NCBI RefSeq assembly: GCF_000143415.4
Contig: NW_003314298.1
Coordinates: forward strand, 727,014-791,013
Direction of reading: 5' to 3'
Length of the DNA stretch: 64,000 bases
Source of the DNA: Selaginella moellendorffii
Lineage: Eukaryota; Plantae; Lycopodiophyta
Below are positions 52,089 to 64,000 of the stretch, one piece after another; positions within the stretch are counted from its first letter, which is position 1; each line of letters starts with the position of its first letter. The notes beneath the pieces were generated by a model, which was not told the DNA's origin, searched no databases, and saw only the letters and a program-made list of their open reading frames with translations. The translations under genes and the position numbers were made by a program.

Positions 52089-54072
52089 ATGGCGGCACGG
52101 ATCCTTGCCATCGTCTTGCTCTGTAAGTCTTGCCGAATTTCGGGTGGTAATCCACCAGCATTGCGAGCGCTTGCTCATCTAGTGCTTGGCCGTGGCCAGG
52201 GCTTGTAGGTTTTGGAGATCTCAAGGCCGAGGAGGCGCTACCAGCATTCGATGGGAATCTGTCGATTCCCGCGGTTGTAGGCGCGCAGCCGCCCTTCTTC
52301 CTGCCTGTGTCGCCGAGCGCGCCTGGAGCGATCCCCATTGTCTCGCCATCGCCTATGATTCCAGTTCTGCCCAATCCATCCTCGCCAAAGCTATCAGGTA
52401 AGTGTTCCTCTCTTTTCCTTTCGCATAAGCATACAATGCTTGTTGTCTTCCATGCTAGAGTGTAAGTTGGATTTCTTTGAATTTGCCTCGTTCAGTGTGT
52501 CTGCATGGATATTATACTTCTTTGCTTGCGTCTCAGTCTCATTTAAATGCTGGCTTGAGTGTTCTCCAAGTTGGTGTTTGTCTCCTTTTTGTTGTTTTCG
52601 ACTAATCGAACTAAATAATGTTTTCTTCTTGTCTAGGACACTGTAAGCTCAACTTCTCGGCTCTAACTCCAGCAATCGATCGAACAGCACAAGATTGTCT
52701 CGCTCCCTTGGCATTGTACGTGGGCGAGGTTATCTGCTGCCCACAGTTGCAGACACTCTTTCGTCTAGCTCAAGGGCATCACAGCAACACGTCCGGTCGG
52801 CTCACTTTCAATCGTACTGAAGCAAGCTACTGTTTCTCCGACATTAGCAGCCTGCTGGTGAGCAAAGGAGCCAACACCACCGTATCGGAGATATGTTCCT
52901 TGGAGCCGAAAAGCTTGACAGGAGGGCAGTGTCCGGTGTACGAGACAAAGGAGCTCTACAGGCTTGTCAACACTTCTAGGCTTCTCGGGGCCTGCAAAGG
53001 AGTGGACCCCCTGAAAGAATGCTGCAAGCCGGTTTGCCAGCCAGCGCTCGAAGAGGCCGCGTTACAGCTCGCCTCGAATGGCTCATTTGGATTCGTGAAA
53101 CAGAGCGGACTTGTTCCAGCCTCGGCGGACGATCAAGTGTTGGAAGACTGCAAGGACGTTGTTCTTGCTTGGGTCGCTGGCCAGCTCAATCTAACCGAGT
53201 CTAACACGGCACTCCGGAATCTATTCAGCTGCAAGGTTAACAAAGGTGAGACTGATTCTTTCTATTCTGGATAGAAGTTTTCCTAAGCTTTTGTTCTTTT
53301 CAGCGTGTCCTTTGGTTTTTAGCGACGTATCTGCAGTAGTCGATGATTGCCATGGACTCTCGCCATCCAACGTTACCTGTTGCAGCTCGCTGCACAGATA
53401 CATCTCCGAAATGCAGCAGCAGAAGCTGATCACGAACTTGCAAGCGCTAGAGTGTGTGAGTTTACTCGGCTCGATGCTGCAAAAGCGGGGTGTTACAAGC
53501 AATATTTACGATCTATGCGGCATCTATCTCAAAGATTTCAGCCTTCAAGGTACCGCAAGCTTCTCCTTTGTGTTTCGCTTGGCATCTAAAACAAAGGTTT
53601 TGTTCTTCTCTTGTAGGTGCTGGAGATCAAGGTTTGTGTGTTTGATGCTCACTAGCTTTGTGCTGCTGGTCTTAAAAGTGTTGTCATTTTGTAGGGTGCT
53701 TGCTAAATAGCTTGCCGTCTGATGTGATGATCACGAGTAGCTCCGGCATCACCTTCACTTGCGACTTGAATGACAACATCGCTGCTCCATGGATGCCAAT
53801 GTCTACGAGTTCCCTGTGCTCTGGAGGAAGTAAGCCGCTTCCCTTTTACTACTCGAAGCTCATCCCTCTTGTTTCTACAGGGCCAAACATCTCCTTCCCG
53901 AAAATCCCACAATCCGCGGCCCCCCTCACGTCTGGTACGGCTCATCTGTTCTTCTTTTAGTTCTCGTTTCATTTCTCAAAACGTTTCAGGAACTAACTTC
54001 GCAAGAGCCAGCTCGATCACTGCGTTTGTAGCTCCGCTCCTGATCCTGGTGATACTATCAACTTCGATTTGA
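52089..54072 (+). CDS. GPI-anchored SPARK-domain protein (At1g61900/At2g30700-like), multi-exon
   Basis: Signal peptide MAARILAIVLL, a Pro-rich linker, PKLSGHCKLNFS..TAQDCLAPLA..VICCPQL, VDPLKECCKPVCQPA, CKVNKACPLVF and FTCDLNDNIAAPW, ending in a hydrophobic C-terminus. Confidence 0.85.
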
Positions 54073-54259
54073 CACAACTAGCGCGAAAGATCTTCCAGTC
54101 GATAGAATACATACTCAAGGCTTTCGAGTGTAAGGGAGTTCCTCTTTTTTCTTCCTCGGTCTAAGGTTTTATGATATTTCAGAGTATATAAAAAAAGAAC
54201 TTAGCTCCTCTCGATTTCCAGACTTATTACGGTGAAAAATAAATCTCCCAAGTTTCTCC

Positions 54260-54789
54260 TCAGTTCTTCACTGTTGTCACGTACTTGATCAAGAGAGAAG
54301 TGATCTACACAAATAAACGAAACGCTCGATCAAAACTCCAATCGCAAAGATATGCAAAATCACCTCTTGAGACACTCTGGATGCCTCCGACGAGAGCATT
54401 TTGATCTTGTGCGTGGTGTCGGCTTCCAGCTTCTTGGCAGTGGATCCAGAGTCGCCGCTGCTCTGCTCGATCAAACCCACTGGAAAAATTAATTGGAGGA
54501 ATCGAGACAAGGAAACTCTCACCTCTGCGAGTTTCTTCCGGTACTCGCTCTCTCGCTGAGCTCTGTAAGCCGCGACTTCTCTCTCGGCTTCCTCCTTGGC
54601 CTGGCGCAAGCGCGCCATCTTGGCTGCGATCCCACCAAAGAGAAGAAATCATTGAAATTGGATCGAGCAGCGATTGGATTCGGCCGCGAATCGCAAAGAG
54701 AACTTACCGCTCCTGGCATTGGCGACGATGCTCTGCGCCTCCTGTTCCGCCGCCAGCAGCTGCTGGATCCCTCCCTGCGACTTATCCAT
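54260..54789 (-). CDS. VHA-G: V-type proton ATPase subunit G, 4 exons
   Basis: MDKSQGGIQQLLAAEQEAQSIVANAR, ARLRQAKEEAEREVAAYRAQRE, SSGDSGS and LLIKYVTTVKN*. Confidence 0.96.
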
Positions 54790-55829
54790 CTCCCCTTTGC
54801 GGAAGAACCCTAAAAAAGATACCGATCGAATATAATACAAGCTCGTATATTCTATGGAACCCTAGCCCATTGGAAATTCCTCCAGAATAAAATTCTTATA
54901 TTTGGAGAGTATATATTCCATGAGACAGGAAAAAAATATCGGGCTTGGGCACATTGCAAAAGGCCAAAGACAATCGAGTCTGTGTTGATGATTGAAGTTT
55001 CAAGGTCTTATGCTGTTAAGAAGATCAAGTGGTGTTGTTGGAGAAACCTGTCTACATCCTCCTTTTTGCCAGTGAAATGGGTGATTATAATATATCATGC
55101 TGTACTATCTTGTACCATTTTATACTTTATTATATGAACTTTCTCTTGTGCTCATTAGCTGGATTTTAATGTTATTTGAGATTGTTTGAGACCATAAACC
55201 ATAAATTGATTGTTTCAGCCTACACTGCTTTCTACTTCAAAAGTAAGAAATTGTCATGTGTGTACTAGTTGCTAAAGTTTCTGTTCAAAAAAGTGTTCTT
55301 CGCATCCATCTACTCAACATCCCAAGTCCTAAATAGTTAACAATAGAAACCATTTTAATACTGTTCATCAGAGTCAATACCATCTTTCTATGTGCATCTG
55401 CCATCCAAGATCAAAGATCAAAGATCAAAGAGTAACATACTCAACACTCCTATGACCACAAGCACTTGAGCCAAGGAGTGAATACCTCCCCTCGGGGAAC
55501 ACCATCTCTTCGCTGGATATCAGCCCACAGTACAACAGTGCTAAGATGCACAGCCCTCAAAGCCATTGGCCAGAACAGAGAAGAAACGCCACGGCCATTA
55601 TCTGTGAGCAAGAAGACATGAACAGAGTAAGAGATCTTGGATGAGCAGCTTCCATCCTGGCCCTCACAGTTAACTTAATCAGACTGTCTGTATCCGTTGG
55701 ATTGAAAAATGTTACAGCCAAGAATGTGCTTATTCTTGAGAATATGTGCACTCCACCATAACATCGCCCTTAACAGCTCAGGCACAGCCCCATTATTCAG
55801 TCACATATATCTGATTATATTATCTACCC

Positions 55830-58400
55830 CAATCACCCGCCACAAGCTCGTGATGGACTGTTCTTAGCTAGTTCGGGCACAGCCCCGTTAAGGACGGGCA
55901 ACTGCAGTAACATACTCGTCCCGGCTTGGGCCCGGTAACGGTAGCAAAATATATCTCTAATCTGATGTTTGTAATCTAACACAAAAAGCGAGAATAGCGC
56001 CCAGATCATCGTCACACCTCGATGCTCAACCATACCATATTCAAGTTCCTAGCCTCTAAAATTTGCCTCAAGAAACTGAAAGAGGCGATTCACCACTCGT
56101 ATACCATCTACTACTCTCCCGGATTCCATCAAGATACAGCTCCTTTGAAACACTTTCGATGTCTATAATAATGGTTCCCATTGATCCATTCCAAAACGCA
56201 GTAGACCACTGTCCTTGATTCCGGTAAAGCAAGTGCAGTTGCATAGGAATACAGTGTGCTAGAGCGGGATCCCTAACACCCGACTTTAGCGTAGCATCTT
56301 CAGTCAGCTGATGTTGATCAGTGCGGAGTACCGATACCGTCTTTCCATCAGGGAGCTGGAACTCAAATTCCCTGACCACATCATTGTTTTCACAGACGAA
56401 GGCAGTGCACATCTGCTGATCCTTGCTCAGAGCAGAGAGGAACATTGGCAGGTATACCCGTTCGAATGCACATAGACATTGTAAATCCCCTCTTTCATCT
56501 TGCCATGTACGTTTGCGGCGTCACGAAACCAACGTGGACATTTCGGATGTCCCAGCAGCGGCAAAAACAACGGCATAGATCTAGAGGCCATCCTTCCCCT
56601 GTGTTTCTTTCACATAGCCTCAAAGGCAGCAGTTAAGTCTGTCATACCCACGCTCTCATGTCGGTCCTCAAAGACGTTCCTGGTTCCCAACAGAAACAGA
56701 TACTCGCCTATTTCTACAGTAGAACTGTCACTCAGTACCCGTCCAACACCTGCCTCTAAAACCGACGCTCCCTGCTTTGCTGAAAGATACCACCCGAAAT
56801 AGCAGATTACAGCCTTCTCCAGCTCATTAATTCCGTTTTCCATTCTCCTATCCACCACCTCGTAGAGGCTTGTCGGAAAGTATGGCCTTCCCTCCCAAGT
56901 TGTTTGTACGGCTATCACATACTCGGCCGCTTCCCCAAGCTTCATCTTCTCCGCCAGCATAACCTAAAGAACATCACAGAATGGGCGGAATCGTCCCCAA
57001 AACTTCAGAAACGTTTCACTCTCAAGCAGGGCCAGATCTTCTTGGGACAGCGGGAGCACCCGCCCACCATCTGTTTCGGTCCATCCCAAGCAGAGAAGTT
57101 GGTGAATTCTCCCGGCCAACCAGTCATTTTTTCCCCTGGAGCATAAAGAAGTTTCTGCTTATAATGTCGTGCCAGTAACTACTACCATATTGCCTCCGCG
57201 CTTGAGAGCTTGAACCAGTGGATAAGCCGCTAGCGGAGCTCCATCGAGAACCACAATCCGGAATCGGACTAGGAAGAAAGATCATATACTGAATGTTTGT
57301 AGCATTTAAATTTGGCTGATTCAGAAAAACAGTTTTTTGTTTTCTTGTGCTGTGAACAAATACCATCTTTATCAGCCGACAAGCTCTTCCTAGCTCTCTG
57401 GAAAAAACTGCAAAACGCATCGTAGTTGGTCTTCAGATGCTTCGACATGCAGTTTGCAGCAAAAGGCACTGCCGACAGTTAGCCCCTTTGCCTTACAGTA
57501 CTGATAAATAACCATCCGACAGGCGAGTAGAAGCATCACGTAAACCGCTACAACTTTCTCGTTGCTTCTTGTTTTGTTAGGATAGGTGATGAAGCTCCGA
57601 AATCTCGCTACCGCCTCGGACAGGTCATTGGATTCTACCATCAGTTGAGCAGACATGACAAAGTAGAGGCCATACTCCTCCTAAAACATGAAACACGACA
57701 CTAGCATTGAGCGATGCAAATCAGTTACGGTCAATAAATCCAACACCGATCTCGTCTTTCCACAACCAGGACTTCCCGCCACAACTGTGACCGCCTGCAT
57801 GTTTCTTTCAGCTTCAGAGATTTTCTTCTTCACGTCTGGGGCGTGCGTGAAATCCTGCCGTCCAAGATCGAAGAGTAACATAATCGGCACTCCCGCGTAC
57901 ACGGGCACTTGACAGTGTCCATTACCGGCAGTGAATACCTCCCCTCGAGGAACCCATCCAGGAACTCCATCTCTTCGCTGGACAGCTTAAATACATCAGC
58001 CCAACGGCGCCAACTTCTGATATCAATGAGGATTAGAAAGGGAAAACAAGATGCAAAGCCAGCAAAGCGATCTATACATTCAAAGAGACCACGGCCATTA
58101 CCTGTGAGCAAGAAGACATGAACAGAGTCAGCCACTCTTGGCACCACCGAGAGATCTCGGGTGAGCTGCTTCCATCCAAGTCGCCCTTTCCCCTCCTTGA
58201 GAAAGTAACACTCCAGGTATTCCAAAAGGGCAGCTCCATTTGCTAGGCCCTAGGAAACAGCACACCACTTCATTGTCATCCGGATCAAGTGCTCCCTCCA
58301 GCATGCTCACTCCATACTCGAGAAGCAGCAGCTCATACTTAGTCTTAAATTAAACACCACTAGTACCTTTACACCCCTTTAAATTTCTTCGGGGTTTGGC
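55830..58400 (-). pseudogene. Decayed P-loop NTPase gene resembling Crinkler/CR-type effector NTPases
   Basis: Walker A VVAGSPGCGKTRSVLDLL, then EEYGLYFVMS..SNDL, LLLACRMVIYQYC, Walker B-like RIVVLDGA, MVVVTGT, GRPYFPTSLYE and VLEAGVGRV..EIGEYLFL. Contains stops and frameshifts. Confidence 0.55.
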
Positions 58401-58503
58401 CTTCGTTCATTCATTCTGACAGCACACAATCGCTGAGCTTTGTAAGCCGCTCGGGGCCTGCCATCTTGGTACCACAGAGAAATTGGATCGAGCAGCATCG
58501 CAA

Positions 58504-60492
58504 TCAGCGCTTACGGGCCAAGGATGACGGAAAGTCCTTCTGAAGCTTTGCTCTCTCCCCTCTAAAACTTCCATCTTTCTCGAGCTTTCCTAGCATGAGC
58601 TTGCACAAACTCCAGCTGGGGTTGACCACATTGCAAAAGGCCACAAAATAATCGAGTATCTCTTCATGGGAGTCTCCAAACTTTGCTAGCATGCGTTCCA
58701 AGGTCTTGGGGAATGCCCGGCCGCGAGGATCCCTCACCACTACCAAGTCAAATAGCTTTCGGCTGATCAGAGAATCGTAATCTTTTGATTGGACAGCCTC
58801 CTCCAGCATGTCGTCTAGAACGTCCGGGCCAAGTGACTCCATGAGAACCCCCAGAGCATCGCGGCCAGAATTGCTCCTCAAACAATCCAGAACTAATTGG
58901 CCCTTGAAAGGATTCAAGGATTTGATGCTCACACCCCTGAGTTTGGCCTCCTTGACGACCATGACAGCATCCTCAAAACTCTTGGTTTTGTTGTACAGCA
59001 TCGCGTAAACCTTTGCAGGCTCATCGAACATTATATCGGGAAGAAGATCAAGCGCTGTTCTTGGAGAAACCTTATTAATGCTCCTCTCGAAAGCCCTGTG
59101 GTGTTTGTGTACGTTTAGTTTGACACCCTTTGCTCGTGCCGCAATAATAACTCGGTGAGCAAACTCTAGATCCCCCTTTTCTGAAGCCACGGACAAAGCA
59201 AACCTGTAGTTCTTTGAAGTAGCAGTTAAATGCGGGTGCTCTTCAACCATGGCATAAAACAGGTCTTTGATGCTCCATTCCGGAAGTCTGGATAGCTCAA
59301 AAAGCTTAAACCCGCGCTTGTAACCCAATTTCTTCATCAACTCCAGCTTCTGGACAATCTTACTGCGAGATACTTTCGATTTGAGGGAGCTTTCTAGCAC
59401 ACTCGCGAATGCCGCTTGGTCACAACCTTCGTTGAGAAGCTCCAGAGCTGTAGCCACGAGGCCTTGCTTCAGGAACTCTTTTGCTTCATTTGGAGTTGCG
59501 CTTTCCAGCGGCACTTCAACTTGAGATGCAGAGAGCAAAAGTTCTACGGTCTGATGAAACATTCGCCACTTTTTACTTCGTACCAAAAGCTCGAGGATCA
59601 CACCACCTTTAAAATCCCGCAGTATGTTGATTTTTTTCACCATGCTCTTGTCCTCTAGGCAATCCAGCTCTTTCAGGAAACTAAGCACACATTCATCCTG
59701 TGCAACGTCGTAGTCACAATGAGAGAGCTGTTTTGCTACTGTTTTCAGTGGATTCAACGTTGTAACACCCACACCCTTGGCCTCTCTTGCAATCGAAAGG
59801 GCGTCGTCCAGATCCCAACTGTAATCAAGCAATATCTGGTAAGCATCTTTGGACGCCCCACACAAATCCAACACTTTCTGCTTCCAGAAGTTGTCATTCT
59901 TGTGGTTGCAAATGCAGTGCCTCAAGTATTCCAGATCCACCATCAATTGGACACCCTGGGCTTTTGCTTCCATAACAACGGAATGGTAGAAATCCAAATC
60001 GTAATCAGTGGACCTATGCTTGACGAGTTCTACCACCTTTTCATACCCTTTGAATTTCACAAGCTTTTGCGGATGTTTCTTCATCATTCCCAGGAAAACC
60101 TTTCTGACTGCATTGGTTTGCGAGAACGCATCTCCAAACAGCTCAACTCTGCACCAGTAATCAGCATCCCTCACCTCTGAAAGAAACCTGAGCTCGAGAT
60201 TGGGATTCCGTAGCAGCTCCGAGTATAGAGGCTCGTCGCACTTGTCCATGATTTTGAAAGCCATGGCCAGGCAATCTTCCTCCACAAGCCTGGACACAAG
60301 CTTATCATGGCATCTGCCTTCGGTAAGCTTGTGAAACGCCATGGTGTGCAAAGGATTCGCCCTATGTAGTATCGCAGTGATGATCTCGTCGGAGAAACAA
60401 TCCTTACACTCTGAGTAGAGGCGGCCAAGTGCACTGCAAAGCTGCCGATCCAGATCCACGTTCTCTATCATCACCAACAACACGCTCTCCAT
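58504..60492 (-). CDS. Intronless unknown alpha-helical protein (~662 aa) with a ~280-aa internal duplication
   Basis: 2-kb open frame with the first ATG at 60492, coding-like composition and self-similar blocks. No family was recognised. Confidence 0.75.
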   Translation of the reverse strand: MESVLLVMIENVDLDRQLCSALGRLYSECKDCFSDEIITAILHRANPLHTMAFHKLTEGRCHDKLVSRLVEEDCLAMAFKIMDKCDEPLYSELLRNPNLELRFLSEVRDADYWCRVELFGDAFSQTNAVRKVFLGMMKKHPQKLVKFKGYEKVVELVKHRSTDYDLDFYHSVVMEAKAQGVQLMVDLEYLRHCICNHKNDNFWKQKVLDLCGASKDAYQILLDYSWDLDDALSIAREAKGVGVTTLNPLKTVAKQLSHCDYDVAQDECVLSFLKELDCLEDKSMVKKINILRDFKGGVILELLVRSKKWRMFHQTVELLLSASQVEVPLESATPNEAKEFLKQGLVATALELLNEGCDQAAFASVLESSLKSKVSRSKIVQKLELMKKLGYKRGFKLFELSRLPEWSIKDLFYAMVEEHPHLTATSKNYRFALSVASEKGDLEFAHRVIIAARAKGVKLNVHKHHRAFERSINKVSPRTALDLLPDIMFDEPAKVYAMLYNKTKSFEDAVMVVKEAKLRGVSIKSLNPFKGQLVLDCLRSNSGRDALGVLMESLGPDVLDDMLEEAVQSKDYDSLISRKLFDLVVVRDPRGRAFPKTLERMLAKFGDSHEEILDYFVAFCNVVNPSWSLCKLMLGKLEKDGSFRGERAKLQKDFPSSLARKR

Positions 60493-60607
60493 GGATGCTT
60501 TAGGGCTTTTAGGGGGGACCAATTTTATTTGGAGGTTTAGGGTTTTTTGGCGTTTACTAAAGAATATTCGACACCCGCGTTTACAGGCTATTAGGGTTTA
60601 TGATGGA
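60493..60607. promoter_or_regulatory. ~115-bp bidirectional promoter with telo-box motifs
   Basis: Head-to-head ATGs at 60492(-) and 60608(+), with TAGGGTTT at ~60538 and ~60592. Confidence 0.55.
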
Positions 60608-63600
60608 ATGAGGAAGATTTCCTGCGCGCTGCGCTCGATCTCTCTTCCTGCTGGATCCAGAGCCAGGTATCTCTCATCGCAATCGATTCTATTCCCCGCG
60701 GCCGGAGCGGATCACGATTACTCGCGGCTCCTGCAAGAATGCCGGGGTGTGGAAGATCTTGCGAGAGGTAGGGGGATTCATGCCCGCCTAGCGCAGGAGA
60801 CAGGGCTGCTGGAGGAGTCGTTTTGCGTGGGGAACAATCTCGTCAGCATGTACAGCCGGTGTGGAAGCCTGGGCGACGCAGTTGCCGCGTTTGGGAAAAT
60901 CCGGGCGAGGAATGTGGTGTCCTGGAACGTGATGATCTCGGCCTACAGCAGCTACAAGAGCTTCCAAGAGGCGCTGGCGCTCTTCCACGCAATGCTGCTC
61001 GAAGGAGTGGCTCCAAACGCGATCACGCTGGTGGCGGTGTTGAATTCCTGCGGGAGTTTTCGCGAGCTCCGGGATGGGATTCTCGTGCATGCTCTCAGCT
61101 TGGAGCGGGGATTCTTCCAGAACACTTTGGTGGCCACCGCGCTTCTCAACATGTATGGGAAGTGTGGAACACTCTTGGATGCGCAGTCGGTCTTTGAAGA
61201 GATGGCCGAGAAGAACGTCGTGACTTGGAACGCGATGCTGGGGGTTTACTCTTTGCGAGGCTGCTGCTGGAAGCTCGCGGTGGAGCTCTTCACCAGGATG
61301 CTGCTCGAGGGTGTCAAGGCGAATGTCATCACTTTCCTCAACGTGCTCAACTCCGTGGTGGATCCCGACGCTCTTCGCAAAGGCAAGTTCATTCATTCTT
61401 GTGTCCGTGAGAGCGAGCATTCTCTGGATGTTTTCGTGAACACCGCACTGGTTAACACGTACACCAAGTGTGGCAGCTTGACTGACGCAAGGAAAGTTTT
61501 TGATGGAATGCCTTGCAGGAGTGTCGGTACTTGGAACTCGATGATTTCGGCGTATTCCATTAGCGAGCGCAGTGGAGAGGCTTTCTTCATTTTCCAGAGA
61601 ATGCAGCACGAAGGTGAGCGTTGTGATCGGGTGACGTTCCTCTCAATTCTCGATGCTTGTGTGAATCCAGAGAACCTCCAGCACGGGAAGCACGTCCGGG
61701 AAAGCATCAGCGAGACTAGTTTCGAGCTCGATCTATTCGTTGGGACGGCTCTCATCACCATGTATGCGAGGTGCCGGAGTCCGGAGAATGCAGCTCAAGT
61801 TTTCGGTCGAATGAAGCAGAAAAATCTCATCACCTGGAGTGCGATAATCACAGCTTTCGCTGACCATGGTCACTGCGGAGAGGCCCTACGCTACTTCAGG
61901 ATGATGCAGCAGGAAGGGATTCTTCCCAACAGGGTGACTTTCATCAGTCTTCTCAACGGATTCACAACTCCCTCCGGTCTCGAGGAACTCAGCCGGATCC
62001 ATCTCCTTATCACGGAGCATGGACTCGACGACACCACCACCATGAGCAACGCTCTTGTCAACGTTTATGGACGTTGTGAGAGTCCGGACGACGCAAGGAC
62101 AGTGTTCGATCAACTCGAGCTTCCGAATCTCATCTCGTGGAACTCGATGATTGGAATCTACGTGCAGTGCGAGAGACACGACGACGCTTTGCAGCTCTTT
62201 CGGACCATGCAGCAGCAAGGGATCCAACCAGACAGAGTAAATTTCATGACCATCTTGGGAGCCTGTACGATTGGCTCTCACGGAAGAACTCGCAAGTTAG
62301 TGCACCAATGCGTCGAAGAGAGTGGACTGGGAGGCTCGCCCCTGGTGCAAACATCCCTGGTGAACATGTATGCCAAAGCTGGGGAGCTCGATGTAGCAGA
62401 GGTGATCCTGCAAGAGATGGACGAGCAGCAGATAACCGCATGGAACGTCCTCATCAATGGGTACACACTACACGGGCGAAGCAGGGAAGCTCTGGAAACT
62501 TACCAAAGGCTCCAGCTCGAAGCCATCCCAGTGGACAAGGTTACCTTCATCAGCGTCCTCAACGCATGCACAAGCTCAACGTCTCTGGCCGAAGGCAAGA
62601 TGATCCATTCCAACGCTGTGGAGTGCGGCCTCGACTCCGACGTGATCGTGAAGAACGCACTGACCAACATGTACTCAAAGTGCGGCAGCATGGAGAACGC
62701 TCGCAGGATCTTCGACAGTATGCCCATCCGCAGCGCGGTGTCCTGGAACGGCATGCTCCAAGCCTACGCTCAACACGGAGAGTCCGAGGAGGTGCTCAAG
62801 CTTATCAGAAAAATGGAACAGGAGGGCGTGAAGCTCAACGGAATCACTTTCGTCAGTGTTCTCTCGTCGTGCAGCCACGCCGGTTTGATCGCAGAAGGCT
62901 GCCAATACTTCCACTCTCTGGGCCACGACAGGGGGATCGAAGTAAAGACCGAGCACTACGGCTGCCTCGTAGATCTTCTGGGAAGAGCAGGGAAGCTCCA
63001 GGAGGCCGAGAAGTATATCAGCAAAATGCCATCGGAACCAGAGATCGTTACCTGGGCCAGCCTTCTCGGAGCGTGCAGAGTTCACAAAGATCTCGACCGG
63101 GGAAAGCTCGCCGCGAGGAAGCTCCTCGAGCTGGATCCAGGCAACTCCTCGGCCAGCGTGGTTCTCTCCAACATCTACTCGGAGCGCGGAGACTGGAAGA
63201 ACGCTGCGAAGCTGAGAAGAGCCATGGCCAGCAGGCGAGTGAAGAAGGTCCCGGGCATCAGCTCGATCCAGGTGAAGAACAAAGTTCACGAGTTTCGAGT
63301 CCGGGACACGAGCCATCCTCGAGCAGCGGAGATTTACGACAAAGTGGAGGAGCTGTGCTTTGCGATGAGGGAGGCAGGCTACGTCCCAGACACAAAGATG
63401 GTGCTGCACGACGTGGACGAGGAGCAAAAGGAGAGCTTGCTGGCTTACCACAGCGAGAAGCTGGCAATCGCGTTTGGGTTGATAAGCACTCCGGAGAAGA
63501 GCTCGCTACACATCTTCAAGAACTTGAGAGTGTGCGAGGACTGCCACACGGCGACCAAGTTTATCTCCAAGATCACCGGGCGAGAGATCGTCGTCCGCGA

Positions 63601-63658
63601 CAACCACAGGTTCCACCACTTCAGGGATGGCTCCTGTTCGTGCAAAGATTACTGGTAA
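60608..63658 (+). CDS. PLS-class PPR protein with E and DYW domains (organellar C-to-U RNA editing factor)
   Basis: Many PLS triplets ([25 protein letters not shown]), PG box [15 protein letters not shown] and CEDCH, ending CSCKDYW. Likely start is [10 protein letters not shown] at 60608. Confidence 0.97.
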   Translation: MRKISCALRSISLPAGSRARYLSSQSILFPAAGADHDYSRLLQECRGVEDLARGRGIHARLAQETGLLEESFCVGNNLVSMYSRCGSLGDAVAAFGKIRARNVVSWNVMISAYSSYKSFQEALALFHAMLLEGVAPNAITLVAVLNSCGSFRELRDGILVHALSLERGFFQNTLVATALLNMYGKCGTLLDAQSVFEEMAEKNVVTWNAMLGVYSLRGCCWKLAVELFTRMLLEGVKANVITFLNVLNSVVDPDALRKGKFIHSCVRESEHSLDVFVNTALVNTYTKCGSLTDARKVFDGMPCRSVGTWNSMISAYSISERSGEAFFIFQRMQHEGERCDRVTFLSILDACVNPENLQHGKHVRESISETSFELDLFVGTALITMYARCRSPENAAQVFGRMKQKNLITWSAIITAFADHGHCGEALRYFRMMQQEGILPNRVTFISLLNGFTTPSGLEELSRIHLLITEHGLDDTTTMSNALVNVYGRCESPDDARTVFDQLELPNLISWNSMIGIYVQCERHDDALQLFRTMQQQGIQPDRVNFMTILGACTIGSHGRTRKLVHQCVEESGLGGSPLVQTSLVNMYAKAGELDVAEVILQEMDEQQITAWNVLINGYTLHGRSREALETYQRLQLEAIPVDKVTFISVLNACTSSTSLAEGKMIHSNAVECGLDSDVIVKNALTNMYSKCGSMENARRIFDSMPIRSAVSWNGMLQAYAQHGESEEVLKLIRKMEQEGVKLNGITFVSVLSSCSHAGLIAEGCQYFHSLGHDRGIEVKTEHYGCLVDLLGRAGKLQEAEKYISKMPSEPEIVTWASLLGACRVHKDLDRGKLAARKLLELDPGNSSASVVLSNIYSERGDWKNAAKLRRAMASRRVKKVPGISSIQVKNKVHEFRVRDTSHPRAAEIYDKVEELCFAMREAGYVPDTKMVLHDVDEEQKESLLAYHSEKLAIAFGLISTPEKSSLHIFKNLRVCEDCHTATKFISKITGREIVVRDNHRFHHFRDGSCSCKDYW

Positions 63659-64000
63659 AACGAAATGAATAATCATGCATTCTTTTTCTTTTATCCTTAT
63701 AGCTTACTTCACTTTTCTCCGGCAGTCACATCACTGAATATTCCAGTTCATTCTAAATAATGATACTCCTTTAGAAAGTATTTTCTTAAGTATTAAGACA
63801 TTCAATAGTATAAAAATAAAAGTACTTTAATTTTCTCCTTTTCTTTTTCATAGTTGACAGTGAAATTAAGTATTTAAAATATATTATTATATAGATAATA
63901 ACAAGAAAATTGGTACTAAATTTATAATTTCATAAAGAATATATATCAAATATTATGTGAAATGTTAAGATGCATTTCAAAGTAAATAGCTTAGATTCTT

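Noticed and set aside
60491-60607. N-terminal extension of the DYW-PPR ORF from the ATG at 60491
   Set aside because: It overlaps the opposite gene's start codon and spans telo-box promoter sequence. The ATG at 60608 gives a plausible transit peptide.

Overview
Gene-dense, compact eukaryotic plant DNA: 50-70 nt introns, AAACCCT telo-boxes before start codons and a PLS-DYW PPR gene. These features suggest the lycophyte Selaginella (inference). Apparently intact genes are METTL13-like methyltransferase, patatin-like phospholipase, two F-box genes, a P-type PPR, a WW-domain DEAD-box helicase (RH14/RH40/RH46 clade), RecX, an MCA channel, an AS2/LOB-type LBD factor, a SPARK/GPI-anchored protein, V-ATPase subunit G, an intronless unknown protein with a ~280-aa internal repeat, and a DYW-PPR editing factor. 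The interval from ~13.7 to 34.8 kb is a mosaic of duplicated, inverted and deletion-riddled fragments, many copied from flanking genes, in which only the F-box ORFs stay intact. Top candidates for follow-up are (1) a three-hairpin RNA element and poison exon in the long helicase intron, (2) a frameshifted secreted cyanovirin-N (CVNH) lectin gene, (3) a decayed Crinkler/CR-type P-loop NTPase gene, and (4) the gene-fragment mosaic around the F-box copies. Coordinates of multi-exon genes give the outer CDS span, and all family calls were made by eye without database searches.
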